Source: Monocercomonoides exilis PA203 (lineage: Eukaryota > Protista > Preaxostyla). Taken from it: 64,000 bases of DNA. A program made the position numbers and the translations under genes. Every line of letters begins with the position of its first letter. Position 1 is the stretch's first letter. The DNA lies in NCBI GenBank assembly GCA_001643675.2, contig LSRY02000064.1:62001-126000 (forward strand), written 5' to 3'. This document shows positions 1-11,442 of this stretch, one piece after another. Under the pieces are notes generated by a model. The model made no database searches. It saw only the letters and a program-made list of their open reading frames with translations, and was not told the DNA's origin.

Positions 1-1026
1 GTGTGAATCTGTAAAGAATTCGCGATCATCTGAATGTCTGTTAACACGTGAAGTGATTTGCGCTGATTCTGAAATTGCATTTTCTTCATTTTGAATCTCT
101 TCATGGCTTTGCATTTTCATTATTGATTGAAATGATAAACTGCTCTCTGTTTTTCCTTTTTTGATTTTTCTTTTTCATCTTTTCTTGAAAATATCGTTTT
201 ATTCGAATCACATTTTGTCGTTGCTTTTGAATATTTGGCAGCACATTTTTCATCATTATTTCTTCAAATAAATTTTTTGTCATCCATCCTTTATTTGACG
301 TGTGCAATATAAAATTTTCATCACTCCACTGTTCTTTTATTTCTTTTTCAAATTTGTTGGGTAATAGAAGATGTGAAGGAAGATGGCATCCATCTGCCCT
401 TACAATAAAAAAGAAGAGTCAAATGATGAAGCGGAGGAATTTTCAAAGAAGGAACGAATTTGCATTTGCTCGAGACAACCCTTTTATTTTCTCTTTTGTC
501 AGAAGATTGGCAACTTGTTTCATCCAATTGAAAGATCAATGAAGGATGATATTTTTTCTGTTTCATCAAGTTACGCAAGCGCGATAAAAAAGACAAAACA
601 TTACTTTTCAATGAGGCCCTTATACGTGCATGATCAAGCTTAATTGGATGTATTGTTCTAAGTTGTTTGTGTCTAGAAAGAAAACCATATACCCAACGCA
701 TGCTGGGCATTTCGATATAAACAGCAGATTTTTCAGAACGTTGTTTTCTAATTCTCCAAGCCTAAGTTTTTATAAATTAGCTGGAAAGAATAAAGAAATC
801 AAACTATTCTCGGGATGTCTTTCAATGTTGGTTGAGTCGAAACATCATCCCAATTCAAAAGGATTTCTTCTAGCCTATCTTCTTCTTCCTCCGACAAATA
901 TCTTGGCCTGCCGTTTTTCCCTGCAATTTCTCCTTTTGAAATCATTCGAAGTGCCCTTTGTTGACAATAATAGCTATTTCGTTCAGATTTATTGATGACA
1001 ATTTTTTCTTTTTTCATATCATCCAT
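1..1026 (-). mobile_element. pogo/Tigger-like (CENP-B HTH + DDE_1) transposase; intron-containing, frameshifted, runs off the window start
   Basis: Three minus-strand ORF pieces join into one pogo-type protein: GRPRYLSEEEEDRL; a 43-nt GT..AG intron (804-762); AWRIR..PSMRWVYGFLSRH (CENP-B-type HTH); YHPSLIFQLDETS (first D); after a shift at the T6 run (407-412), TLLFIVRADGCHLP..SNKGWMT; after a second shift near 157-176, ..EFFTDSH at the window edge (putative second D). Confidence 0.8.
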
Positions 1027-1213
1027 TTATGAAAGTTGAATAATGTTCCAAAATATTGTTTTTCGATAAATATTATTTAATGATATGGGAAAAACAACCA
1101 TAACAGAATTAAAAAATATAAAAAAAACTATTTTAAAATCTATATTCAATTGTTAATAACTTTTGATATGAAATATTTGTTTTAAAGAAACTTTCCTTTC
1201 ATTTGAACTGAAT

Positions 1214-1249
1214 TGTGCGGGTTTGTGCAAATGTGCGGGTTTATGCGCA
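1214..1249. repeat. 18-bp-period GC-rich direct repeat (TGTGCGGGTTT x2), possible subterminal repeat of the pogo element
   Basis: TGTGCGGGTTT at 1214-1224 and 1232-1242 in very AT-rich DNA, about 190 bp upstream of the transposase start. Confidence 0.4.
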
Positions 1250-1365
1250 CACCATCATATTCTAATTTTGTTTTTAAAAATTTTTTAAATTTGATAATGA
1301 AACTTAATTTTTGTTTTATTTTGCAGTAAATTAATTGTGAAGTGAATTCAAAAAAGATCAATGCA

Positions 1366-2575
1366 TCAGTTATATCTTGAAAGTGAAGTGGAAAATAGAA
1401 GCAGCTCTTCCTTTTGAACCTTGCCCTTCTTTTGGCTTTCATTCTGTTGTTTTCCCTTCTTTGGACTTTGAGATGAAGTGAGTGTAGTTTTTTCTTTATT
1501 TGCCAATGCTCTTCGAGGGAGCAATGCTGCGATGCTGTCATCCATTCCAATCGGAGCAGAATTCCTTTCGCGCATAAACACTTCATCTGCCGCACTGCTT
1601 TCTTCGTTGCTTTTGTTCTGAAATGCATCTTTCTCATTCTTTCTTCCTTTCTTCTCTTCAAATTTCTTGTCTTGAGCTTTTGAAGAGCCACTTGTTTTTT
1701 TGGATGCTTTGTCTCCACCATTATTTGTTCCATCATGCGATTTTCTCTTATGATTGTCTTTTCCGCTTCCATTATGCTTCTTCCTTCCTTCAGAGTCTTC
1801 TCCTTCTCCTTTGCCTTTCCTTTCTTCTTCTCTTTGCTTCCTCTCCTTTTCTGCTTCTCTCTGTTTAGCTTCCTCTTCCTTTTTCTTCTTAGTGAGATCA
1901 GCAAGCGAAGGCATGCTTTCTTCCATCATGCCCAATTCTATTTGATCTCCAGGTGACACAAAGAAGCTTCCGCCAGCTGAAACTGAACTGTCTCTGATTT
2001 CATTCACCCCAGCGCCTATTCCGTATGCCAGGCTGTGTGCATACTGCTCCTTCATCATCTGCTCTGCCTTCTCTGCATTCAGCGTGTCTTCTCTTTCCTG
2101 CTCTTCTCTTCTCCTCTCCTCCCGCTCTTTCTCTTCCTTCCTCTTTGTTAGCGCCACGCTGTACTGCTCCAGCACATTCGGTGTGATTGCCCCTTCCACT
2201 TCCATTTCAGCTATGCTGTATTCAGCATCCATAGGCAGATGCTCCACAACTCTGCTGTACCGCTCCGTACCCCATCCCTTGTGATGGTGCTGGATATCCT
2301 TGATTCGAAGTGTTATTTCTGTCGGAAGCCATTCAACTCCGCCCACTTCAGCAGCAATGATGGACGTGTGGAGCGGGTCGAGGAACAGCCTTTGCCCGTC
2401 GTCGCTCTGATAGAAGAAGAAGAGATGAGGTGTGGCTGGCAGGTTGTGACGTGTTGGGGAAGGAAGGATGGACGGATTGGCGAGTGGAGAAGTGGGTGTG
2501 CCGAATGAAGTGTCTTTGCAATCAGCAGCTGATGATGAAGATGAGGATGAAGAAGAAGAAGAAGAAGAAGAAGAA

Positions 2576-2609
<34 letters not shown>

Positions 2610-4725
2610 CGTCGCTGTGTGATTGCTTCAAATCTGCCCCTGTCACTTTTGGCAGCGCTGCAACATTTGAGTGGGTGGAAAGTGGAGATGATTGTGTTGA
2701 AGAAGACGATGAAAGAACTGAAGTGGATGATTCAAACGATGATGAAATGGGGATTTCTCTTTCTGACTTTTCTTCTTCTTTCCTTTCTTCTTTCCTTTCT
2801 TCTTTTCTAGGAAAAGCATCTTCTTCTTCTTTTCTTCTATTTGATTGTGGTTCTTTTCCGCTGCTTTCAGTAACTGTTTTTTCGCTTTTATTTGACTTTT
2901 CGTTATTCTTTTTTGTATCTTTTTGCATTTTTTCTGATTCTTTTGTTTCTGATTCAATATTTTTTTTCTTTTTCTTTTGTGAGTTATCTTTCTCTTCTTT
3001 GTCAATCCTCGTTTTTTCCATTCTTTGAACTGATGCCTTTTCGTCCATCTTTGAAGAAGAACTCTTCAGAATGGTTGAATTTGTATCAGTCAACTGCAAA
3101 TCACTTGTCTTTCGTTTATCGTTTGCTCCATCAGAATCAAAAATCATTTCACTGCTTTGCGCTTTTTGAGTCCTTTTTTGTGGTTTTTTCTTCTCAAATT
3201 CTTTTGAGCTGAGTGAAGGAAATTCTTCCATCAAGCCAACAGCTTGTGGAGCAAGAGACGATGCTGTCGTTGCTGTTGGCTTTGCTTCTGTTGTAACTTT
3301 GTTCGCACTCTTTTTGTGTTTATTTGTTTGCGTTGTATCCAAATGTGCTTCTTCCATCTGATTTGAATGTTTTGAAGAAGAAGAAGAAGAAGAAGAAGAA
3401 GTCATTGAGGGCAAGCCTAAATAACTTGAATTCCCTGTATATGCTTCTTCACTTGAAGACTTCGATTTTTTTTCCTCTTTTTTATCCTCCATAACGTATT
3501 GTACTTCATAAACGTCCTCGTCCACAATCGGCAGCTTGATTTCCTTCATCGCAATTCCTTCCTTCTCAAAGCGCACCTTCAGCCTCTGAATGGCATCGAG
3601 CACAAAAGGAAGCGTTTCTTTCTCAAAAAGAACAGCCTCCTCTGCAAATTTCTGCAGCTCAGCACGCTCTCTCGCCAGCAGCGCCCTCATGTGCGCCTGT
3701 TCAGAAGAAACACGCTGAGGCGCATTGCGAACGTTGTTCACGATAACAGCTGTGGAAAATAGTGGGTCTTCTGATGAACAGAAAAACTGAGAAGAGTAAA
3801 GGGCGGAGCAATAAGCATCTGTTGGATCCTGCTTATCTTCCTTGTCCAAAGAAGATATTTGTATTGGAAGAGTATATTCGTTAGATCTCCCAAATAGCTT
3901 GAAAGTAATTTCATAAGGCGTTTCCTCGTGAATTGATTGTTTTAATTGAAAAGTGTGATCTGTCGTCTTTATTTGCCGAAAAGGCATAAACTCTTTTGGC
4001 ATAAGCATTTCGAAGCATAGAGGGCATCGTTTGACTCTTGGAGGTCCAATAGTCTTCATTATTTCTGTCGGCGTAAGGCTTGTTTCAGAGGCGATATCTT
4101 CGTCCCTCTGGGTTAAGTATCTGTGAATGCAAATATCGCAAAATATATGTCCGCATTTCGATATTCGTGCCATAACTGGGGTGTCTGAAAGACAAATTGG
4201 GCATGGAACAACAATTGGTGATTGTGATATAACTTCGCGGATATTTTCCCATTCTAAAAATTCTTTTGCATTCTCCTTCATGAAAATATTATCTATTTTG
4301 TTTTCTTTTATTTCAGTCTTTTGTTGTTTCAACGATTTTGGAACAAATGCTGCAGCGTGAATGTTCAACGAAAATTGTTTATCAATCTTTTTATCATCTA
4401 AATTCTTGATATTTAGAATTTTGTTTGATTCATTTGTTGATAAGACAAAATAGAAACTATATTTTTTCAAGAAATAAAACGAAATGAAAATATTTTTCAA
4501 AACACACTTAGATAAAAGATATGATTCTTGATCTTTTGTCGTGCAATGAATTTTTGTTGGACGAGTAAAATGCGAAAATCGTTGAGGAATATGACGAGGT
4601 AATAAAATTGTATCAAGATTTTTAATAATTTGCTTTATTTCCTTTTTATTCTCATGCGAACGTTGAACGTGAGTGCGGATGTCTTCTTGTTGTTCTGATT
4701 TTTTGTTTCGAGATGAAGAAGACAT
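1366..4725 (-). CDS. RNF10: RING finger protein 10 / Mag2-like E3 ubiquitin ligase
   Basis: C3HC4 RING CPICL..ARISKCGHIFCDICIHRYL..RCPLC; RNF10-typical FFFYQSDDGQRLFLDPL block and C-terminal LLFSTS; probable 51-nt in-frame intron 4507-4457 (GTGTGT..TAG). Confidence 0.85.
2531..2608. repeat. Compound (GAA)n/(GAT)n microsatellite encoding poly-Ser in RNF10
   Basis: Trinucleotide runs read directly. Confidence 0.95.
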
Positions 4726-4954
4726 TTAATGAAATGAATATCAAAATTCATAAATAATTAAGGGTCAATTTTCTTTTTGCCGTTATCATTTTTTGATTCT
4801 CGAATATGTTGAATTGCTTTGATGATTAAGTAATGTTAATATGATTTTATCACAAAAGGACCCGAGAACGAATTTTAAAAAATGAATAAGAGAAACAGTC
4901 ATATTGAAAGTTAATAAAACAGCAAATACAAAAAAGCATAATGCAATTTTTTGT

Positions 4955-5356
4955 TTAAATGATTTGAGTGGCTTTCGGTTTCAGTGTTCCAAATGGTTTA
5001 AAACGATATCTGTTGAAAGGCCAACTGTAATCATCTTCACTCGGCATCCTTGGAATTAGTGGATGAATTGTACATCCAGTGCGCACTCGATCATAAGCCC
5101 CTGATACACCTCCAGGATTTTTTGGTTGAATCTTTTCATACCAATTTGGATTTTTATGATCATATGATTGAAGATTGTCCACATATCTGGTAGCTGCTCC
5201 AGAACCAATTGGCCACCATAAGCAATCGAATTCGCAATTATCTTCGCATTCTTTCAAAAGGAATTGTGTTGAAAGACACAAGCATTCACAGTTATCTTCA
5301 ATATCTTCAGAACAACAAGACAAGGAAAAATCAATTATCAAGCATAAAATAAACAT
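4955..5356 (-). CDS. Small Cys-rich, probably secreted protein of unknown function
   Basis: ATG at 5356 gives hydrophobic MFILCLIIDFSLS, then CCSEDIEDNCECLC..ECEDNCEFDC; open frame of about 133 aa with coding-like GC content. Confidence 0.55.
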   Translation of the reverse strand: MFILCLIIDFSLSCCSEDIEDNCECLCLSTQFLLKECEDNCEFDCLWWPIGSGAATRYVDNLQSYDHKNPNWYEKIQPKNPGGVSGAYDRVRTGCTIHPLIPRMPSEDDYSWPFNRYRFKPFGTLKPKATQII

Positions 5357-5480
5357 AAATAAAAAATATATCAATTACAAGAAAATTCGATTGCGAACGT
5401 TAAATTTACAGCTCAAAATAATTATAATTCCTCCTCATGAATTATGATCTTTTTAACCTTAAATATTTTGATGGTTTGGA

Positions 5481-6712
5481 ATGAGACCTGCATTTCAAAG
5501 CATGCAGGTTGAAGTTAACTTTAGAACGCAGGGTCATACGTATTCTCGTCAGCAGCCATCAATCCTTTTTGGAAGGACCAGGACAGCTCCACCATATTTT
5601 ACTGAGATTATTCCACGTGAACTTTACATATCCAATCTTGAAGGAGCATGTGATCTTATCAATCTGCACGTATGCAAACGAAATGTTTGTATTTTGTTAT
5701 TTAATTTATTTCTTGATATAAGGCTAAAGGTATCACACACATTGTTTCTGTTTTAAAAACTCGTTGTTCGGATGAATGTTCAAAATCAATACAACGACTT
5801 TGGGTTTGTTCCTTTATGTGCTTTTCATTATTTAAGTGTTCTATGTGCGAATTTGATTAGCTTCCAATTGTTGACTCTGCTGCTAAAGTCAGAGAATTTG
5901 AAAGCTTGTGGCCAGAAGCGCTTAAAGTTTGTGAGTTTTTCATTTTTCAAAATATTCATATAACTTTAAACTGCAATTAAGTTTTTGAGGGATTGTAGAA
6001 AGAGTCATGGTACTGCACTTGTCCATTGTAGAGCAGGAATGAGTCGATCTTCGACAGTCGTCCTTGCTCATCTGATGGAATATGATTGCTTAAGCCTTCG
6101 AGATGCATGGAACTTACTTAAGGGGCTTCATGAAATTGCTTCTCCAATAACTGTATGTTAATATTTGTACGCTTTTAATTTTGTAGATTTTTTCCAATAC
6201 TTCAGCCATTCTTTATCAGTTTGATAAATTTTGAAAGGTACCTTCAACACAAACGGTCAGAAATACCTTTTTCGCAAACTATTCCTTCGATGGTTCTTTC
6301 AGAGTATCAAAAGCAAATGGCCAGTTTTCTTTTTCCTTCTGTACCTTTTACCGAATTTTTCCATGTTGTTGAAGAATGTCATGGCAACTGGCTAAGTGCA
6401 GCAAGATTGTTCCACACTCGAAATCCCGAAGCCCTGCGATCATTCAAAATGAGATTCGGTGGAGGGGCATCTGATTTTCATCCTCTGTGTGATATCATTG
6501 CCGAACAGAGAAATGATGATCCTGCAGAATTCTTTCCTTCTATAATGCGAGGTGACAAATTATCAATGTTTCGATCAAACTTGTCAAAAATAAAAGCTAA
6601 AGGATCAATAAAATCTGAGAAGAGAGAAATTCACCGAGAAGCGTCAAGTTTAAGAGACACTACAACTCAAATATTGTTGGCAAATGATGTTTCTGCAACT
6701 GAAAAGGAATAA
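5481..6712 (+). CDS. Dual-specificity protein phosphatase (5 exons)
   Basis: Spliced read gives TEIIPRELYISNL..AKGITHIVSVL..LPIVDS..GTALVHCRAGMSRSSTVVLAHLM (intact HCxxGxSRS loop near 6024-6053); four GT-AG introns, the first 5670-5722. Confidence 0.9.
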
Positions 6713-6794
6713 TTATTTATGAAGTGATTAAAATTGATGTTTTTGAAACAAAAAATAATTTTTGTGTTGATAAATATTTATTTATTTATTTATT

Positions 6795-7424
6795 TTAATA
6801 TTTGTATTTTGTTGAATAATCTTTTGGTGCTTCCACCAAACCCCTCCCTTTTCTTGCCCCTTTCCAAACTGTCTCGACGATTGCAATAAACTCCTCTTTG
6901 TTATCCATCGCCCAATTTATTTTGTTGTTATTTCCAGTACCGAGGTCAACCATGATATGTTTGTTACGATAAAAGAACATCGTTGAGCAGGGATCATAAA
7001 GTTCATACATTTTATTAAAATCTGGAACTTCAGTAATATCAACCTAATTTGAAAGTTAATTTTATCAGAATATTTTAAAGGCTAAATTCACTTTAATAAG
7101 TTCAAACAAGATAAATGACGGCATAGTTTGCAATCTTTGCTGATACTGCATATAATAATTCATCCATTATCATGCAAGTTGCATCATCATCGTGTCCAAA
7201 GCGAATGACCTAAATTTTATAATGATTTTTAAAATACAATTAAAAGAATTCTGATTCATACCACAACTCTTTCTTCTTCAGTAACAATTGCTTGATCAAC
7301 TGCATATCCTATCATTTCATTCAAAATCATGAGAATGTTAATTTATATTAAAATAAGTAATAAATATATGATGTAAATCAAATAAAATCTCACCAGAATG
7401 TAAATGAGGAAGCATAAAGGACAT
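6795..7424 (-). CDS. TXNL4A: U5 snRNP thioredoxin-like protein Dim1/Dib1
   Basis: MSFMLPHLHSG/YAVDQAIVTEEERVV/VIRFGHDDDATCMIMDE../VDITEVPDFNKMYELYDPC..NKHIMVDLGTGNNNKINW..GARKGRGLV..PKDYSTKYKY; three GT-AG introns. Confidence 0.97.
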
Positions 7425-7506
7425 TTTGGTAATTTATTTCAAAAATATAATAATATGGGTAAATTTCACAAATAAGGAATAATTATTTCTTTAACGAAAA
7501 AAACTA

Positions 7507-7799
7507 CAATTTGTTCCAAACTTTTTCCACAACCTTATCATGAGAAATCTTTGATTCTCATGTCAAAAAATCATCGGAAATTTTTCGAAATTGAGAAATT
7601 AATTAAATGTTCAGAATGGAACAAAATTAATAAAGCAAAAAATATCGTACCAAATGTGTCAAATTCTTGTTTTTTATGAATTTTGTTCCAAACTCAACTT
7701 TCTAATATTTTTCATATTTTTTTTATATTCTCTCTATTTTATACGTTGAGATGAAAGACTTATCATGATATAATCGCAGAAAAAGCTTGGAACAAATTG
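7507..7799. mobile_element. Foldback/MITE-like element, family A
   Basis: Left end CAATTTGTTCCAAACTTTTTC..TTATCATGA matches the reverse complement of the right end ..TCATGATA..GAAAAAGCTTGGAACAAATTG; inner inverted pair TGGAACAAAATT (7617) / AATTTTGTTCCA (7679). Confidence 0.75.
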
Positions 7800-7856
7800 A
7801 TGACTTTTCATTTATGCAATATTATTGTCCAAAAGGGAGATAATTTCTTGCATATG

Positions 7857-8097
7857 TGTCTAAATTTTTTTGAAAAGTTTCTTTTGTTTTATTTTCAAAT
7901 TTAATAAAATTCCATTTTTCAATAATATTTCTGTTCACATAGACCAAATTCTTCTGTTATGGAAACAAATTCTTGACAATGTTTGTATTTCCGTTTTTGT
8001 GAAGTTTCTTAAGCATGAACAGTTAATTGATTGAAAAATGAAATATTTATTTTATTTGAAAATAAAACAAAAGGAACTTTTCAAAAAAATTTTGACA
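7857..8097. mobile_element. MITE-like element, family B, copy 1
   Basis: About 44-bp near-perfect TIR: TGTCTAAATTTTTTTGAAAAGTTTCTTTTGTTTTATTTTCAAAT versus ATTTGAAAATAAAACAAAAGGAACTTTTCAAAAAAATTTTGACA; related copies at 38107 and 38423. Confidence 0.85.
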
Positions 8098-8626
8098 TAC
8101 GAAAAAAATTTTGAATTTGTTTCTGACTTTTTCTGCTTTCATGCAATTACAAGTTCTGTACACTCATTGTAAGAAATTCAAAAAATTTTTTTATTTGAGA
8201 AAAATGAAAGAATAATTTGTGAGCAGTGAAATTTTTTCAGCCAAAAAAAAAAATTCATCCAAAATGAATATTTTCTTTATTTAAAAATATTTTTTAATCT
8301 ATTAATAGAAATAGATAGAGAAAGAAAAAGAAAGAGAAGTGTGGAAAAAATATTAATTGACGGTTTCACAAAAGGTGTTGTGAAAGAAATCGCTCGCTGA
8401 ACACTTTTCCTAATTTCGATTAAAAAAATAGATAGTAATTATTTTTTTCTTATTTTTCTAACTATCTCATTGATATCAAAAAAGCAAATCTAATTTTGAA
8501 TCTTGGAAATTTTAATTTAAAATTCTTGAATTTGTTCTGAAATTCATCTAATACATCTCCTGAGAAACAAAAAAAGTGATTTCTTTTTTTAATTTTATTA
8601 ATTTTTTATGCAATCAAGACCCTATG

Positions 8627-8883
8627 TTGGTGATTATTTTTGAAATCATAACTTTTTTTGTGGTGTCGAAAATGAAAAGGTTGTTTGTTACCGGGAAGAG
8701 ATTTTGTCTGCAATTTGTGTATTTATCACAATTGATTAATAAACAAATCATTTTGCACAAATAAAGATGTTGATGTTTTTTATAGGACTTTTCACTCTTC
8801 AGTATTCTTTTGTTGATATTCAAGAATAATTTTTAAACCGATGTTTTTGTTAGAATAATTTTTATTTCAATAATAATCATCCA
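8627..8883. mobile_element. MITE-like element, family C, copy 1
   Basis: Ends TTGGTGATTATTTTTGAAAT / ATTTCAATAATAATCATCCA; interior (AAGGTTGTTTGTTACCGGGAAGAGATTTTG..AATAAAGATG..TTTGTTGATATT) aligns with 37872-38100. Confidence 0.75.
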
Positions 8884-9678
8884 TATATTAATGGATGTTT
8901 GTTTCTAAATAACAACCTTGCATTTTTTTGTTTTCAATCAATGAATAAATTAGTATTATTTATTATGAAACAACCAATTTTGAATATTCATTGTGAATAT
9001 ATTGTACACTGATCTTTTCGGAAAGATTGTCAGATAAAGAGTTACACTTCACTTTCGATTTTTCAACAAAGTGATTATTATTTTCATTTTTAAAGACCTT
9101 TCAAGAAACATACATGTTTATTCATTTCATAAAATGAAAATGAATAACAGTTCATCATGAATGGAATTCCAAGATCAAATTTTCTGAAAACCATCATCAA
9201 GAAAAGGAAAAAAAATACAAAAAAAAATATTATTTTTCCAATTGAAACATTTTATTTCAAATTTGAGTTGTTCTTTTTCAAAATCGAATTATTTCAAGTG
9301 AAATTATAACAAAAAAAATATTAACCTGAAAACAAACAAAACCAAAAAGAGAAAAGAAACTTTATTCGTTTCTCGTTTATTTTTCTTTTTATTGAATGCC
9401 TTTTTTCCAAATAATCAAGAAAAATTGTTTGTATTCAAAAAAATTTCTGTTTTGGCTCAAAAATTGAATTCTTTCAAAATGATGAAAATAATAAAAAATA
9501 ATAATACATCTTTTTTATTTTTAAATGAAACTCTGAAAATAAATTATTTAATTTAAAAATGCAAAAAATGTTTTAAACATTTCAAATAATGATAGCATTG
9601 CTTAAGTAATACCAATAAATTTTTTTGGAACAAAATGAGAAAAAAGCGCGAACCCCTGAAAATACCTATTTTTTATTT

Positions 9679-11200
9679 TTAATATCTTCCTCTTCTTCCT
9701 CTTCCGCCTCCAAATTTGATATCAAAACCGAACTTTGGAGTGACGTGGGGATTTAAGTGGGATTTAGCATGATTTTCATAATGTTTGAACGGAATAAGCT
9801 TGTGACATAGTTCGCATTCAATAGGTTCTTCATCTAATTTTTTCTTTTTCTCTTCTTCTTCTTTTCTATCTTTCTCCAGTAATTTTCGAATAATTTCATC
9901 ATCCTTCTTCAATTTTTCTTGTTGTGCGTCTTCATTCTTCAATAAATCTTTTTGTTCTTTTGAGTTTGACAAGTCCAATTCTTTGTTCTTTTTCTCCTTT
10001 CCGTCAGAATCAACTCTTTCTTTTTCTTTATCCTTTCCAATTTGCTCATTTGCAGTTTTTGAAGCTATGCTTAACGGAGATGTAAATGGAGGAGGCGGAA
10101 ACGGAAATTCCGCAGTACCAATTTCGGATGACTGTGACTTGCTGGATTCAGGATTTGGCTGCGAGGCTAATACAGATAACGACGGCAGTGCAGCAGGAAC
10201 AAAAGGCATTGAAGGTAATGAAGGAAGTTTTGGAAGAGATGAAGGCACTTTAGAAGCAGGACATATTGGTAAGGTTGGTGGTGATACCAGATTGGAAGAT
10301 GGATATTGTTGCGAATTAGTGTGCAAATCTTTAGAATTAATAGTTTGAGGTGCTTCGAATTGACTTTGTTTTTGCACAACAGGAGGATCTGGTAGAGTTT
10401 TTGAAGAAAATTGACTATAATTAGAATTAACATTTGATAACAAAGACTTAGGTTCGCACGAAGGAATCGGCTCACATATAACCGAACTTTTCTTCTCGAT
10501 TTCAGAAGAATGAAATTCTTGAAATTTGGGAAATTCTTGAAATTTGGGAAATTCTTGCATTTTTTTCTGTAAAACTTCGTTACCCTCTTTGATTTCATGA
10601 ATATCGTTGTAAGCGTCAGGAGAACATTTATCACGATATAAATATTGATTTTTCTCAGATTCATTGAATGCTGATTGGGAAGGAGTAAATTGCTCTGGAA
10701 TCCCAAATGAGGACTGAGACATAAAACTTAAACTTTTTTCCATTGCTGTAATTTTGTCCATTATCTGTGGAAGCTGGGTTTCTAATTTCTAAAAACAATT
10801 CAAAAAAATTTTTTTTGAAGAACAAAAATGAATACCATATTCATTCTATCTATCTTAGAAGCTATAATATCTGAAGGGCTTTTGTCATCTTCATGTGGGC
10901 GAGACGAAAACGTAAACTTATTGAGAATAGATTTTGCTTTTAAAATAAATTATTTATTCACAAACACAAAAATTCATTACAAAGCATACAAATTAAATCT
11001 GCCATGAAACCGGCTTTCACTGCACAGGATGTTGTGTCTTGAGGAGAAATTGCACAATATCTTGAATAAAACATTATCTGAAGTTGATTCTGCAAATTTT
11101 GAAGAAAATCAGGAAAAGATGAATATAAGGCATTTGCACTTTCGAAGTCAACTTCCTCAAATAATTTTTTTTCGATTTCAAATGGTTCTAACCAAGACAT
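9679..11200 (-). CDS. Uncharacterised Pro/Ser-rich protein with C-terminal MIU-like helix and UBZ-like C2H2 zinc finger
   Basis: Starts MSWLEPFEIE (ATG 11200), two probable introns near 10.8-11.0 kb; C-terminus KDDEIIRKLLEKD..IECELCHKLIPFKHYENHAKSH..GGGRGRRGRY; 18-nt tandem repeat (QEFPKF) near 10513-10558. Confidence 0.65.
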
Positions 11201-11442
11201 ATTCAAGCTTTAAGAAAAGATTATTCCGAAAAAAACATAGCCCATTCTAAAATATTTGATTCAAATAACTCTTTTTTTTTTCAAAAAATTAATCAGATTA
11301 TAAAAATGTTCAAAATAAATAAATAAAAAATTAGAATCTACAAATAAAGAATTCTCTTTGATAATAATGATGAACAAATCAACATATAACATTTAAAATC
11401 ATAACTTTAATTTTCTATACTGAAGAACTTAATAAAGTATTT

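Noticed and set aside
406-412. Programmed -1 frameshift at TTTTTTA in the transposase
   Set aside because: The required shift is +1 and the heptamer is not phased as X XXY YYZ; a homopolymer indel is simpler.
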